DNA of 64,000 nt. Origin: Mobula hypostoma. Taxonomy: Eukaryota. The position numbers were made by a program, and so were the translations under genes. Positions 1 to 12,318 of this stretch are shown here, piece by piece. Positions within the stretch are counted from its first letter, which is position 1. Each line of letters opens with the position of its first letter. Location of the stretch: NCBI RefSeq assembly GCF_963921235.1, contig NC_086098.1, positions 744,001 through 808,000 of the forward strand, in the 5' to 3' direction. Under the pieces are notes generated by a model. That model was not told the origin of the DNA and ran no database searches. It saw only the letters and a list, made by a program, of their open reading frames with translations.

Positions 1-74
1 CTTCAGTCCTCCATTCTTCACCCTTGAGTTTTGCCTCTTCGGTACAATTTAACTCATTTTATTAACTCCAACAC

Positions 75-1335
75 CTACTCTCCCTTAATATCAACATGCT
101 CCAGAACATCGACCTCACTCGTCATCAAGTTCCCTCTCATTGGTGAATACCGAAGAGAAGTATTCATTGAGGACCTCGCTCACTTCCACAGCCTCCAGGA
201 ACATCTTCCCACCTTTATCTCTAATCGGTCCTACCTTCACTCCTGTCATCCTTTTGTTCTTCACATAATTGAAGAATGCCTTGGGGTTTTCCTTTACCCT
301 ACTTGCCAAGGCCTTCCCTTGTCCCCTTCTTGCTCTTCTTGGCCCCTTCTTAAGCTCCTTTCTTGCTACCTTATATTCCTCAATAGAACCATCTGATCCT
401 TGCTTCCTAAACCTCACGTATGCTGCCTTCTTCCACCTGACTAGATTTTCCACCTCACCTGTCACCCATGGTTCCTTCACCCTACCATTCTTTATCTTCC
501 TCACCAGGACAAATTTATCCCTAACATCCTGCAAGAGATCTCTAAATATCGACCACATGTCCATAGTACATTTCCCTGCAAAAACATCATCCCAATTCAC
601 ACCCACAAGTTCTAGCCTTATAGCCTCATAATTTGCCCTTCCCCAATTAAAAATTTTCCTGTCCTCTCTGATTCTATCTTTTTCCATGATAATGCTGAAC
701 ACCAGGGAGCGGTGGTCACTGTCCCCCAGATGCTCACCCACTGAGAGATCTGTGACCTGACCCGGTTCATTACCAAGTACTAGATCTAGTATGGCATTCC
801 CTCTAGTCGGCCTGTCCACATACTGTGACAGGAATCCGTCCTGGACACACTTAACAAACTCTGCCCTGTCTAAACCTTTGGAACTAATCAGGTGCCAATC
901 ACTATTAGGGAAGTTAAAGTCACCAATGATAACAAACCTGTTATTTTTGCACCTTTCCAAAATCTGCCTCCCAATCTGTTCCTCGGTATCTCTGCTACTA
1001 CCAGGGGGCCTATAGAATACTCCCAATAGAGTAACTGCTCCCTTCCCATTCATGACTTCCACCCATACTGACTCAAAAGAGGATCCTGCTACATTACCCA
1101 CCCTTTCTGTAGCTGTAATAGTATCCCTGACCAGTAACGCCACCCCTCCTCCCCTTTCCCCTCTCCCTATCTCTTTTAAAGCACTGAAATCCAGGAATAC
1201 TGAGAATCCATTCCTGCCCTGGTGCCAGCCAAGTCTCTGTAATGGCCACTACATCATAATTCCATGTATGTACCCAAGCTCTCCGTTCATCACCTTTGCT
1301 CCTGATGCTTCTTGCATTGAAGTACACGCACTTTG
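75..1335 (-). mobile_element. CR1 LINE fragment, subfamily A, ORF2 APE endonuclease and linker
   Basis: ORFs 1094..1327 (YFNARSI, VAITETWL) and 115..1143 (GVFYRPP, GDFNFP, LDLVL, SDH, NPKAFFNYVK). Closely similar to 8738-13030, 33818-35020 and 61622-64000. Confidence 0.93.
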
Positions 1336-1822
1336 AATCTGATGGCGCACCCTCAGCTCTAGCATACTGGTTCCCATCCCCCCTGCCATATTAGTTTAAA
1401 CTACTCCCAAAAGCTCTCATAAAGCTGCTCATAAACCTACCCTAGGTCTCAGCAAACTGTGAGATATTGAGACAAATGTACATATTTTGTATTTTGGTTG
1501 TTTATCTGTTTCTGATTGTGTGCAGTTTTTCATTGATTCCATTGTATTTGTTGTTCTGCTGTGAATGTCTGCAAGAAAATAAATCACTGGTAAGTATATG
1601 GTGCCACATAAGTGCTTTAGTAATAAGTTGCCTTTGAGCTTTCAGGCTCAGTTCCAACCATATATCCATGCATGTAATATACATGGTTAACAAAATAATA
1701 AGGAACAAGAGAAAAAAAATTGCATGATGTACATAGGCAAACTGATAAACAAAATGAGATTAACGTCAGATTCCTTTTTCTGCCCTTTTGTTTTCCACCT
1801 GTCACCTCCGAGCTTCTGATTT

Positions 1823-3725
1823 CCATAAGATGATAAGGCCATAAGACATAGGAGCAGAATTAGGCCATCTGGCCTATTGAGTCTGCTCTGCCATTCATTC
1901 ATGACTGATCCTTTTTGTTTATATCTCCTCATCACCAGTAACCTTTGATGACATGTCCAATCAAGAACCTATCAATCTCTGCCCAACGACCTGGCCTCCA
2001 CAGCTGCATGTGGCAATAAATTCCACAAATTCACCACCCTTTGGCTAAAGAAATTTCTCTGCATCTCTGTTTTGAAAGGGCGCCCCTCTATCCTGAGGCT
2101 GTGCCCTCTTGTCCAAGACTCTCCCACCAGGGGAAACATCCTTTCCACATCTCCTCTGTCTTGGCCTTTCAACTTTCGAAAGGTTTCAATGAGATTGCTC
2201 CTCATCCTTCTGAATTCCAGCGAGTACAGACCCAGAGCCATCAAACATTCTCGCATGATAACCCTTTTATTCCTGGAATCATCCTTGTGAACCTCCTCTG
2301 GAGCTTCTCCAATGCTAGAGGAGCCCAAAACTGTTCACAATACTCAAGGTGAGGCCTCACCTGTGCCTTATAATGTCACCCGGTGCGGATATGGCCAAAG
2401 TGCAGACTGAGAGACACTGAAGCAGGTCGATAGTTCACAGACTTTAATGCGAACAGTGTTAAAGGGAAAAGAAAATAATAAACGCTAGGCCAAACAGGGC
2501 CGTTAACTAAAACTCTCAAATGCAAAACGAAGCCTACACTGCGGCTGAAAAGAACAACTAAGAATAAAATGAAAGTGGCCAGTCTTCAGAGTCAGTTGAC
2601 TCGACAGTCCAATTTCTCAGGCAAGATGGAATGCAGGCAGTAAAGTGTTGCTGTATCCGAGTCTCAATAAATACTCCAATGGAATGAATGGAGCTAAATA
2701 CCATCACAATGAGATAATAATTAGCTGACACGAGCACAATTGCTGAATCCTTGATTGTGCCATATGAAGCCTCAGCATCACAGCCCTGCTCTTGTATTCT
2801 AGATTTCCTGAAATGAATCCTAACATGGCATTTGCCTTCCTCACCACCATCTCAACCTACAAGTTAACTTCAAGATGTTCTGCACAAGGACTCCCAAAAC
2901 CCTCTGCATCTCAGATTCCTGGATTTCTTCCCCGTTTACAAAATATAGAAAACACATTTATTTCTACTACCAAAGAGCATGACCATGCACTTTCCAACAT
3001 TACATTTCATTTGCCACTTTCTTGACCATTCTCCTAATCTGTCCAAGTCCTTCTGTATTCTACCTGCTTCCTCAACACTACCTACCCCTCCACTTGTCTT
3101 CGTATCACATGCAAACTTGGCAACAAAGCCTTCTATTCTATCATCTAAATCATTTATATACAGCATAAAGAGCAGTGGTCCCAACACGGACCCCCACGGA
3201 ACACCCCTCGTCACTGGCAGCCAACCAGAAAAGGATCCTTTTATTCTCACTTGCTACCTCCTACCAATCAGCCAATGCTCTAATCATGTTAGTAACTTTC
3301 CTGTAATACCATGGGCTCTTAACTTAGTAAGCAGCTTCATGTGTGGCACTTTGTCAAAGACCTTCCGAAAGTCCAAATATATAACATCCACTACATCCCC
3401 TTTATCCATCCTACTTGTAAACTCCTCAAAGAATTCCAATAGGTTCATCAGGCAGGATTTTCCCTGAAAGAAACCATGTTGACTTTGTACCATCTTGTCC
3501 TGTGTCAGCAAGTGCTCCATCACCTCATCCTTAACAATTGACTCTAATCTTCACAACTACTGAGGTCAGGCTAACTGGCCTATAATTTCCCATCTGCTGC
3601 CTTTTTTTCTTTTTAAAGACTGGAGGGACATTTTCAATTTACCAGCCTCGTGCACCATGCCAGAGTCCAATGATTTTTGAAAGATCATTGTTAATGCCTC
3701 TGCAATCTCTAACGTTACCTCTTTC
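1823..3725 (-). mobile_element. CR1 LINE 3' portion (RT to 3' tail), subfamily D, decayed
   Basis: ORF pieces QHGFFQGKSCL/YLDFRKVFDKVPH, GVPWGSVLGPLLF..FACD, RNFFSQRVVNLWN. Tail repeat cataagacatag near 1823-1850. Confidence 0.9.
2374..2762. mobile_element. Solo-LTR-like insert in CR1
   Basis: About 390 bp interrupting CR1 gccttata|aagcctcagc. Starts TGTCAC, ends GTGCCA; no clean TSD. Confidence 0.45.
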
Positions 3726-4366
3726 GGTTTTCTGATCGGTCAGGGCATCAAAGGGTATGTCAAGAAGGTACATGTATGTGATTGATTGGGATCCAGGATC
3801 AGTCATGCTGAAATGGTGGAGCAGACTCGATGTGCTGAATGGCCTAATTCTGCTCCTGTGTCTTATGGTCTACATGGTCAGAGAATCATCACAGGCTAAA
3901 GGCTTGTACTGTGCTCTAATGCTCTGCATTCTACGTTCTGTATTAAATATGAAATATTTAAAATATTCCTGCTTGTTTTGTTGTGATTTATACTGGGAAA
4001 GTCTATATATTTTGTTATCAATTATCTTGGATGAGGCTAAGTAAAATAACTGGTGCTGTAAATGGTATAGCTATATTGGTTTTTGTTTCATTGGTAAATC
4101 ATTACAAATCAAAGTGAAGATTACATCTGTGTCTATGCTTATGTTTAAACTGTGCAAACATTTTGCAGATTAATAATGCTTACATTTATCCTGTTGGACA
4201 AAATGAAGAAATAATTGGTATAGAAGTGTAGGATCGCTCATTGTTTATGTGCATTATGTAATTTTGGGTTCTATATCTGACCAATGATGTGTGCTAGCAA
4301 CAGAATGGGATTTGGAGATTAAAATCATGTATGCAGTATACAGCCCTGAGTTTCATCTTTCCATAG

Positions 4367-4496
4367 ACAGCCATGGAACAAAGAAACACCCAAGCTTGGA
4401 CTCCAGGCGACATATTCCATTCCAAACATCACCAAACTCCCTTGGTGACAGCAAAGCACAGATTGCTCAACTGGTCCAAACACACACCATCACAAC
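4367..4496 (+). other. Candidate host exon in unique sequence
   Basis: Acceptor tttcatctttccatag, GCCATGG Kozak context at 4370-4376, donor-like ac|gtaaat. Two frames are open; protein not recognised. Confidence 0.25.
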
Positions 4497-4727
4497 GTAA
4501 ATCACAGGCTTCAATTGCACACAGTTTAGGAATAGAATCATATTTGAAAGAAGAAGAGGTAAAAGAAGTAGTTTCATGAACTCTCTGAAGGATGTTACTT
4601 TTGGTCATGTTGTTTGCTGGTGCCATCTTCTTCAGTTATTTGTCACTTGTACACTGAAACATACAACAAAAAATGTGTAATTTTGCATGAGACTCTGTAT
4701 TTAGATTTCCATAAGGTTTTCATCTCA

Positions 4728-5065
4728 CACAGACTTTGTCCTGCCTTGTCCTGTGTCACCAAGTACTTCATAACTTCATCCTTAACAACTGACTCCAAAG
4801 TCCTCCCAACCACTGAGGTCAGGGTAACTGGTCTATAATTTCCTCTCTGTTGCCTTCCTCCTTTCTTAAAGAGCGGAGTGACATTTGCGATTTTCCAGTC
4901 CTCTGGCACCATGCCAGAGTCCTCACTCTCCCGTACAAGCTGAAGGTCATCCAGCTGCTGCTCCAGATCCCTAACACGGTCTTCAATGAGCTGCAGCCAG
5001 ATGCACTTCACGCAGATGTAGTTCCGTTGGACACTCTGGGTCTCCCAGGACTCCAACATCCAGTA
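4728..5065 (-). mobile_element. Fused CR1 fragments (ORF1 zinc finger/leucine zipper joined to RT N-terminus)
   Basis: ORF 4643..5059: ICVKC..RVRDLEQQLDDL directly followed by VPEDWKIANVTPLFKKG..NYRPV. Confidence 0.8.
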
Positions 5066-5343
5066 TGAAATACCCTCAAGGGTAATTTACTACACTAAGT
5101 ACAGTAAGAGAAAAAGTAGCGAACCTTAATCGAAACCTACCCAGAGCCAACACCTCCTGTGAGCCGAAGCTTCCTTTGAGGTTTGCTAGAGCTGTTGGGG
5201 AGGATTTAAACCTGTTTGGCAGGGGGGTGGGAATCAGAATGTGAGTGTAGGTGATTAGGGTAGAAGGACAAGGGCATCATGCTATGTGTTCTAGGTGTTC
5301 AGAGTTGGAGAGAAAGGACAGACGGGGACAAAGCATAAATGTA

Positions 5344-5534
5344 AACACGAAGAATTCTGCAGATGCTGGAAATTCAAGCAACACACATCAAAGTTGCTGG
5401 TGAATGCAGCAGGCCAGGCAGCATCCCTAGGAAGAGGTACAGTCGACGTTTCGGGCCGAGACCCTTCGTCAGGACTAACTGAAGGAAGAGCTAGTAAGAG
5501 ATTTGAAAGTAGGAGGGGGAGGGGGATATCCAAA
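5344..5534 (-). mobile_element. Penelope-like element 3' terminal repeat fragment
   Basis: TSD cataaatgta (5334-5343, 5535-5544). Matches the terminal repeat of longer copies that carry GIY-YIG coding sequence. Confidence 0.85.
5441..5476 (-). ncRNA. Minimal type I hammerhead ribozyme motif, intact core
   Basis: Minus strand AGUC-CUGACGA-A-GGGU(CUCG)GCCC-GAA-ACGU-C/GACU: stem I AGUC/GACU, stem II, palindromic ACGU, GUC triplet. Confidence 0.85.
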
Positions 5535-6317
5535 CATAAATGTAGCCAGTTAGAGGGGTTGAAATGTGTCTATTTCAACACTAGGAGTATTAGGAATAAA
5601 GGGAATGAACTTAGAGCATGGATCAGTACGTGGAACTATGATGTTGTGGCCATTACTGAAACTTAGCTGGGGGAAGGGCAGGACTGGCTGATGCAGGTAC
5701 CGGGGTTTAGGTGCTTTAAAAGCAATAGGATGGGAGGTAGAAAGGGGGGAGTAGCGTTACTCGTCAGGGATAGTATCATGGCTATAGAAAGGGAGGACAC
5801 TGCAGAGGGAGTGTCCACTGAGTCGGTGTGGGTGGAAGTCAGAAATAGGAAGGGATCAATCACTGTGCTGGGAGTAGTCTATAGGTCCCCAAATAGCCCT
5901 CGGGACACCGAGGAGCAGATAAGTAGGCAGATTTTAGAATGGTGCAGGAAATACAGGATTATAGTTATGGGTGATTTCAACTTCCCTCATATTGACTGGC
6001 ACCTCCTGACTGCAAGGGGGATAGATGGGGCTGAATTTGTCAGGTGTGTTCAAGAAGGATTCCTGACACAGTGTGTGGACCGGCCAACGAGAGGAGAGGC
6101 CATACTGGATCTAGTTCTGGGTAATGAACCTGGTCAGGTGGCAGACCTCTTGGTGAGGGAGCATTTTGGTGAGAGTGACCACAACTCCCTTAGCTTCAGC
6201 ATAGCTATGGAAAAGGATCAAAACAGACAAAATGGGAAAGTGCTTAACTGGGGAAGGGCTAACTATGAAGGGATGAGGACTAGCGAGAGTAAATTGGAAA
6301 CAGATGTTCAGGGTGAA

Positions 6318-7617
6318 AGCAGGATACTTGGTAGTGTGGAGGAGCAGAGGGATCTCGGGGTACATGTCCACAGATCACTGAAAGTTGCCTCACACTTAGA
6401 TAGGGTAGTTAATAAAGCTTATGGGGTGTTAGCTTTCATAAGTCGAGGGATAGAGTTAAGAGTCGCGATGTAATGATGCAGCTCTATAAAACTCTGGTTA
6501 GGCCACACTTGGAGTACTGTGTCCATTTCTGGTCACCTCAATATAGGAAGGATGTGGAAGCATTGGAAAGGGTACAGAGGAGATTTACCAGGATGCTGCC
6601 TGGTTTAGAGAGTATGCATTATGATCAGAGATTAAGGGAGCTAGGGCTTTACTGTTCAGAGAGAAGGAGTATGAGAGGAGACATGATAGAGGTGTTGTTG
6701 TTGTTGTTGTTCGTCCATCGTACGTCGATGAGGACCTTGACACCATTATTGATGGTGTCGAGACTAGCGCGTGACTTGGATTTAAGTGAGGGAGAGTTGC
6801 GCAGCGTCAGCCTCACTCTCTCTTCCCAATTCCCATCTGGATCCAGTGGCAAGACAGAGTCGAGACGGCTGGAGATGGGACTAGGTGCAGTGGATGACCA
6901 GGACGTCTTCTGTGTCTTGTCCTGCTCTACACGTTCCACGACGCTTGCAGAGACCGTCTTCTTAACCATTGGACCTTCCATTGGTCTCGTCCGCTCAATC
7001 CGCCGGAGTCTGTCTTCACATGCTGGGATAGACAACTCTCTATCTCACCGAGGGTTTGAGACCCGTCGGCTACCCTCACCTGGTTTAACCGGCTTGTCGA
7101 AGCCGTTGCCCGGGGTGTGGCCGCTGTCGCATGCAAACAGCTATGGGGAGCCACAGGTGAGAGCTGAGTGCCAGGTGGGGACCAAAGATGGACTAACCAC
7201 CTTGAAAAGGACGTGACATGTTCCCCCACCAGAGGTGCTACCCCTCCCTGACACCCCATACACCCCTGATAGAGGTATACAAGATATTAAGAGGAATCGA
7301 TAGAGTGGATAGCCAGTGCCTCTTCCCCAGGGCACCACTGCTCAATACAAGAGGATATGACTTTAAGGTAAGGGGTGGGAAGTTCAAAGAGGATATTAGA
7401 GGAAGGTTTTTTACTCAAAGAGTGGTTGGTGCGTGGAATGCACTGCCTGAGTCAGTGGTGGAGGCAGATACACTTGTGAAGTTTAAGAGACTACTAGACA
7501 GATATATGGAGGAATTTAAGGAGGGGGGTTATATGGAAGGCAGGGTTTGAGGGTCAGCACAACAATGTGGGCTGAAGGGCCTGTACTGTGCTGTACTATT
7601 CCATTTTCTATGTTCTA
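6318..7617 (+). mobile_element. 5'-truncated CR1 subfamily A (RT C-terminus, 3' UTR and tail)
   Basis: [36 protein letters not shown]; tail ttctatgttcta. Confidence 0.92.
6694..7266 (-). mobile_element. Non-autonomous retroposon with (AAC)n tail, probably RTE-derived
   Basis: TSD tgatagaggt (6684-6693, 7267-7276). (GTT)n at the left end, CpG-rich, no RT-like ORF. Family assignment is inference. Confidence 0.75.
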
Positions 7618-9213
7618 AATAATGTGGAGGAAGTTTAGGGACCACTTGTGCTGGGTTCAGGATAGGATTGTCCCACTGAGACAAGGAAAAAATGGTAGGA
7701 AAAGGGAACCGTGGCTGATGAAACATGTGAGGCAACTCGTCAAGAGGAAGAAGGAAGCATATGTTAGATATAAGAACCAGGAAGCAGGAGGGGCTCATGA
7801 GACATATAGGGTAGCCAGGAAGGAGCTTAACAAAGGACTTAGGAGAGCTTGAAGGGGGCATGAAAAGGCCTTGGCATGTAGGATTAAGGAGAACCCCAAG
7901 GCGTTCTATGCATATGTGAATAACAGATGGATGACAAGAATGAAGGTGGGGCTGCAAAAGGATAAAGAAGGCAACATGTGCTTGGAGGCAGAGGAGGTTG
8001 GGGAGGTCGTAAATGAATATATTGCTTCAGTATTCACAAGTGAAAAGGACCTTGATCAGGGTGAGGTCGAAATAGAACAGGTCTGTGTGCTGGACAATGT
8101 GGAGATTAAGGAAGAAGTGTTGGATCTCCTTAAAAAGATCAAGATTGGCAAGTCTCCAGGACCAGATGTGATATACCCTAGGTTGCTGTGGGAAATGAGA
8201 GAAGAGATTGCTGAAGCAGTAGCTATGATCTTTGAATCCTCTTTGGCTGCAGAGGAGCTGCTGGAGGATTGGAGAATGGCAAATGTAGTTCCCTTGTTTA
8301 AAAAAGGTAAAAGGGAGAATCCTGGGAACTATAGACCGGTGAGTCTTACGTTGGTGGTCTGCAAACTATTGGAAAGGATTCTTAAGAATAGGATCTACGA
8401 GCACTTGGAGAAGTACAGTCTACTTAAGGATAGTCAACATGCCTTTGTGAAGGGAAGGTCGTGCCTCACAAGCTTAATTGAGTTTTTTGAAGAGCTAACA
8501 AAAGAAATTGATGAGGGTAGGGCAGTGGATGTGGTCTACATGGATTTTAGCAAGGCATTTAACAAAGTCCCCCACGAGAGACTCATCCAAAAAGTCATGA
8601 GGCAAGGGATTAGTGGAACCTTGGCATTTGAATAAAAAGTTGACTTAAAGGAAGAAAGCAGAGGGTAGTAGTGGAAGGAAAGTATTCTGCCTGGAGGTCG
8701 GTGACTAGTGGAGTGCCACGAGGATCTGTCATGGAACCACTCCCTGGCCTTTAGCATTATCGTGGAAAAGGATAGAATCAGACAGGACAGGTAAATTTTT
8801 AATTGGCGAAGGGCAACTTATGAGGCTATAAGGCTAGAACTTGCGGGTGTGAATTGGGATGATGTTTTTGCAGGGAAATGTACTATGGACATGTGGTCGA
8901 TGTTTAGAGATCTCTTGCAGGATGTTAGGGATAAATTTGTCCCGGTGAGGAAGATAAAGACTGGTAGGGTGAAGGAACCATGGGTGACAAGGGAGGTGGA
9001 AAATCTAGTCAGGTGGAAGAAGGCAGCATACATGAGGTTTAGGAAGCAAGGATCAGATGGATCTATTGAGGAATATAGGGAAGCAAGAAAGGAGCTTAAG
9101 AAGGGGCTGAGAAGAGCAAGAAGGGGGCATGAGAAGGCCTTGGCGAGTAGGGTAAAGGAAAACCCCAAGGAATTCTTCAATTATGTGAAGAAAAAAAGGA
9201 TGACAGGAGTGAA

Positions 9214-9837
9214 CATGAGGAATTCTGCAGATGCTGGAAATTCAAGCAACACATATCAAAGTTTCTGGTGAACGCAACATGCCAGGCAGCATCTCTAGGA
9301 AGAGGTACAGTCAATATTTTGGACCGAGAACCTTCGTCAGGACTAACTGAAAGAAGAGCTAGTAAGAGGTTTGAAAGTGGGAAGGGGAGGGGGAGATCCA
9401 AAATGATAGGAGAAGACAAGAGTGGGAGGGATGGAGCCAAGAGCTGGACAGTTGATTGGCAAAAGGGATATGAGAGGATCATGGGACAGGAGGCCCATGG
9501 AGAAAGAAAAGGGGGAGGGAAGGGGAAACCCAGAGGATGGGCAAGGGGTATAGTCAGAGGGACAGAGGGAGAAAAAGGAGAGAGAGAGAGAGAGAGAGAA
9601 AAAGAATGTGTGTATATAAATAAATAAGGGATGGGGTACGAGGGGGAGGTGGGGCATTAGCGAAAGTTTGAGAAGTCAATGTTCATGCCATCAGGTTGGA
9701 GGCTGCCCAGACGGAATATAAGGTGTTGTTCCTCCAGCCTGAGTGTGGCTTCATCTTTACAGTAGAGGAGGCCGTGGATAGACATATCAGAATGGGAATG
9801 GGACATGGAATTAGAATGTGTGGCCACTGGGAGATCC
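9214..9837 (-). mobile_element. Penelope-like element 3' fragment (GIY-YIG C-terminus, terminal repeat, degenerate hammerhead 9309-9344)
   Basis: TSD tgacaggagtgaa (9201-9213, 9838-9850). Minus strand encodes RLEEQHLIFRLGSLQPDGMNIDFSNFR*. Confidence 0.88.
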
Positions 9838-10897
9838 TGACAGGAGTGAAGGTAGGACCGATTAGAGATAAAGGTGGGAAGATGTGCCTGGAGGCTGTGG
9901 AAGTGAGTGAGGTCCTCAATGAATACTTCTCTTCAATATTCACCAATGAGAGGGAACTTGATGATGGTGAGGACAATATGAGTGAGGTTGATGTTCTGGA
10001 GCATGTTGATATTAAGGGAGAGGAGGTGTTGGAGTTGTTAAAATACATTAGGACAGATAAGTCCCCGGGGCCTGATGGAATATACCCTAGGCTGCTCCAC
10101 GAGGCGAGGGAAGAGATTGCTGAGCCTCTGGCTAGGATCTTTATGTCCTCTTTGTCCATACAAATGGTACCGGAGGATTGGAGGGAGGCGAATGTTGTCC
10201 CCTTGTTCAAAAAAGGTAGTAGGAATAGTCTGGGTAATTATATACCAGTGAGCCTTACGTCTGTGGTGGGAAAGCTATTGGAAAAGATTCTTAGAGATAG
10301 GATCTCTGGGCATTTAGAGAATCATGGTCTGATCAGGGACAGTCAGCATGGCTTTGTGAAGGGCAGATTGTGTCTACCAAGCCTGATAGAGTTCTTTGAG
10401 GAGGTGACCAGGCATATAGACGAGGGTAGTGCAGTGGATGTGATCTATATGGATTTTAGTAAGGCATTTGACAAGGATCCACACGGTAGGCTTATTCAGA
10501 AAGTCAGAAGGCATGGGATCCAGGGAAGTTTGGCCAGGTGGATTCAGAATTGGCTTGCCTGCAGAAGGCAGAGGGTGGTGGTGGAGGGAGTACATTCAGA
10601 TTGGAGGATTGTGAGTAGTGGTGTCCCACAAGGATCTGTTTTGGGACCTCTACTTTTCGTGATTTTTATTAACGACCTGGATTTGGGGGTAGAAGGGTGG
10701 GTTAGCAAGTTTGCAGACGACACAAAGGTTGGTGGTGTTATAGATAGTGTAGAGGATTGTCGAAGATTGCAGAGAGACATTGATAGGATGCAGAAGTGGG
10801 CTGAGAAGTGGCAGATGAAGTTCAACCTGGAGAAGTGTGAGGTGGTACACTTTGGAAGGACAAACTCCAAGGCAGAGTACAAAGTAAATGGCAGGAT

Positions 10898-12318
10898 CCA
10901 TTGTTTAAAAAAGGATCGAAAAGTAATCCGGGAAATTATAAGCCAGTAAGTTTAACGTCGGTAGTAGGTAAGTTATTGGAGGGAGTACTAAGAGACAGAA
11001 TTTACAAGCATTTGGATAGACTGGGACTTATTAGGGAGAGTCAACATGGCTTTGTGCGTGGTAGGTCATGTTTGACCAATCTATTGGAGTTTTTCGAGGA
11101 GGTTACCAGGAAAGTGGATGAAGGGAAGGCAGTGGATATTGTCTACATGGACTTCAGTAAGGCCTTTGACAAGGTCCCGCATGGGAGGTTAGTTAGGAAA
11201 ATTCAGTCGCTAGGTATACATGGAGAGGTGGTAGATTGGATTAGACATTGGCTCGATGGAAGAAGCCAGAGAGTGGTGGTAGAGGATTGCTTCTCTGAGT
11301 GGAGGCCTGTGACTAGTGGTGTGCCACAGGGATCAGTGCTGGGTCCATTGTTATTTGTCATCTATATCAATGATCTGGATGATAATGTGGTAAATTGGAT
11401 CAGCAAGTTTGCTGATGATACAAAGATTGGAGGTGTAGTAGACAGTGAGGAAGGTTTTCAGAGCCTGCAAAGGGACTTGGACCATCTGGAAAAATGGGCT
11501 AAAAAATGGCAGATGGAGTTTAATACTGACAATTGTGAGGTATTGCACGTTGGAAGGACAAACCAACGTAGAGCATACAGGGTTAATGGTATGGCACTGA
11601 GGAGTGCAGTGAAACAGAGGGATCTGGGAATACAGATACAAAATTCCTGAAAAGTGGCGTCACAGGTAGATAGGGTTGTAAAGAGAGCTTTTGGTACATT
11701 GGCCTTTATTAATCAAAGTATTGAGTATAAGAGCTGGAATGTTATGATGAGGTTGTATAAGGCATTGGTGAGGCCGAATGAGTATTGTGTTCAGTTTGGT
11801 CATCAAATTACAGGAAGGATATAAGTAAGGTTGAAAGAGTGCAGAGAAGGTTTACAAGGATGTTGCCGGGACTTGAGAAACTCAGTTACAGAGAAAGGTT
11901 GAATAGGTTGGGACTTTATTCCCTGGAGCGTAGAAGAATGAGGGGAGAGTTCATAGAGGTATATAAAATTATGATGGGTATAGATAGAGTGAATGCAAGC
12001 AGGCTTTTTCCACTGAGGGAAGGGGAGAAAAAAACCAGAGGACATGGGTATAAGGTGAGGGGGGAAAAGTTTAAAGGGAACATTGGGGGGGCTTCTTCAC
12101 ACAGAGAGTGGTGGGAGTATGGAATGAGCTGCCAGACGAGGTGGTAAATGCGGGTTCTTTTTTAACATTTAAGAATAAATTGGACAGATACATGGATGGG
12201 AGGTGTATGGAGGGATATGGTCCATCTGCAGGTCAGTGGGACTAGGCAGAAAATGGTTCGGCACAGCCAAGAAGGGCCAAAAGGCCTGTTTCTGTGCTGT
12301 AGTTTCTATGGTTTCTAT
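10898..12318 (+). mobile_element. CR1 subfamily E, 5'-truncated, nested in CR1-A
   Basis: Near-identical to about 43965-45380. ORF 10901..11650 has FADD; tail gtttctatg x2; short TSD ggat. Confidence 0.93.

Larger units (their letters stand above)
5175..8737 (+). mobile_element. CR1 LINE (ORF1 end, EN, RT N-half), interrupted by PLE 5344-5534 and CR1-A 6318-7617
   Basis: EN motifs in ORFs 5295 and 5691; RT motifs in ORF 7871..8635. Sequence resumes colinearly at 7620. Confidence 0.88.

Noticed and set aside
6473..7216. 247-aa ORF as a novel fusion protein (likewise ORFs 5295, 9696, 24218)
   Set aside because: Read-through across TSD-bounded insertion junctions.
7090..7266. Complete HDV-like ribozyme at the element 5' end
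   Set aside because: GGTGGGG/CCCCACC pairing exists, but P2, P1.1 and the catalytic C could not be placed consistently by eye.
9309..9344. Functional hammerhead (also 26640-26670 and 57705-57740)
   Set aside because: The GAAA core is mutated in the 9309 and 57705 copies; the 26640 copy has a damaged CUGANGA core and stems.
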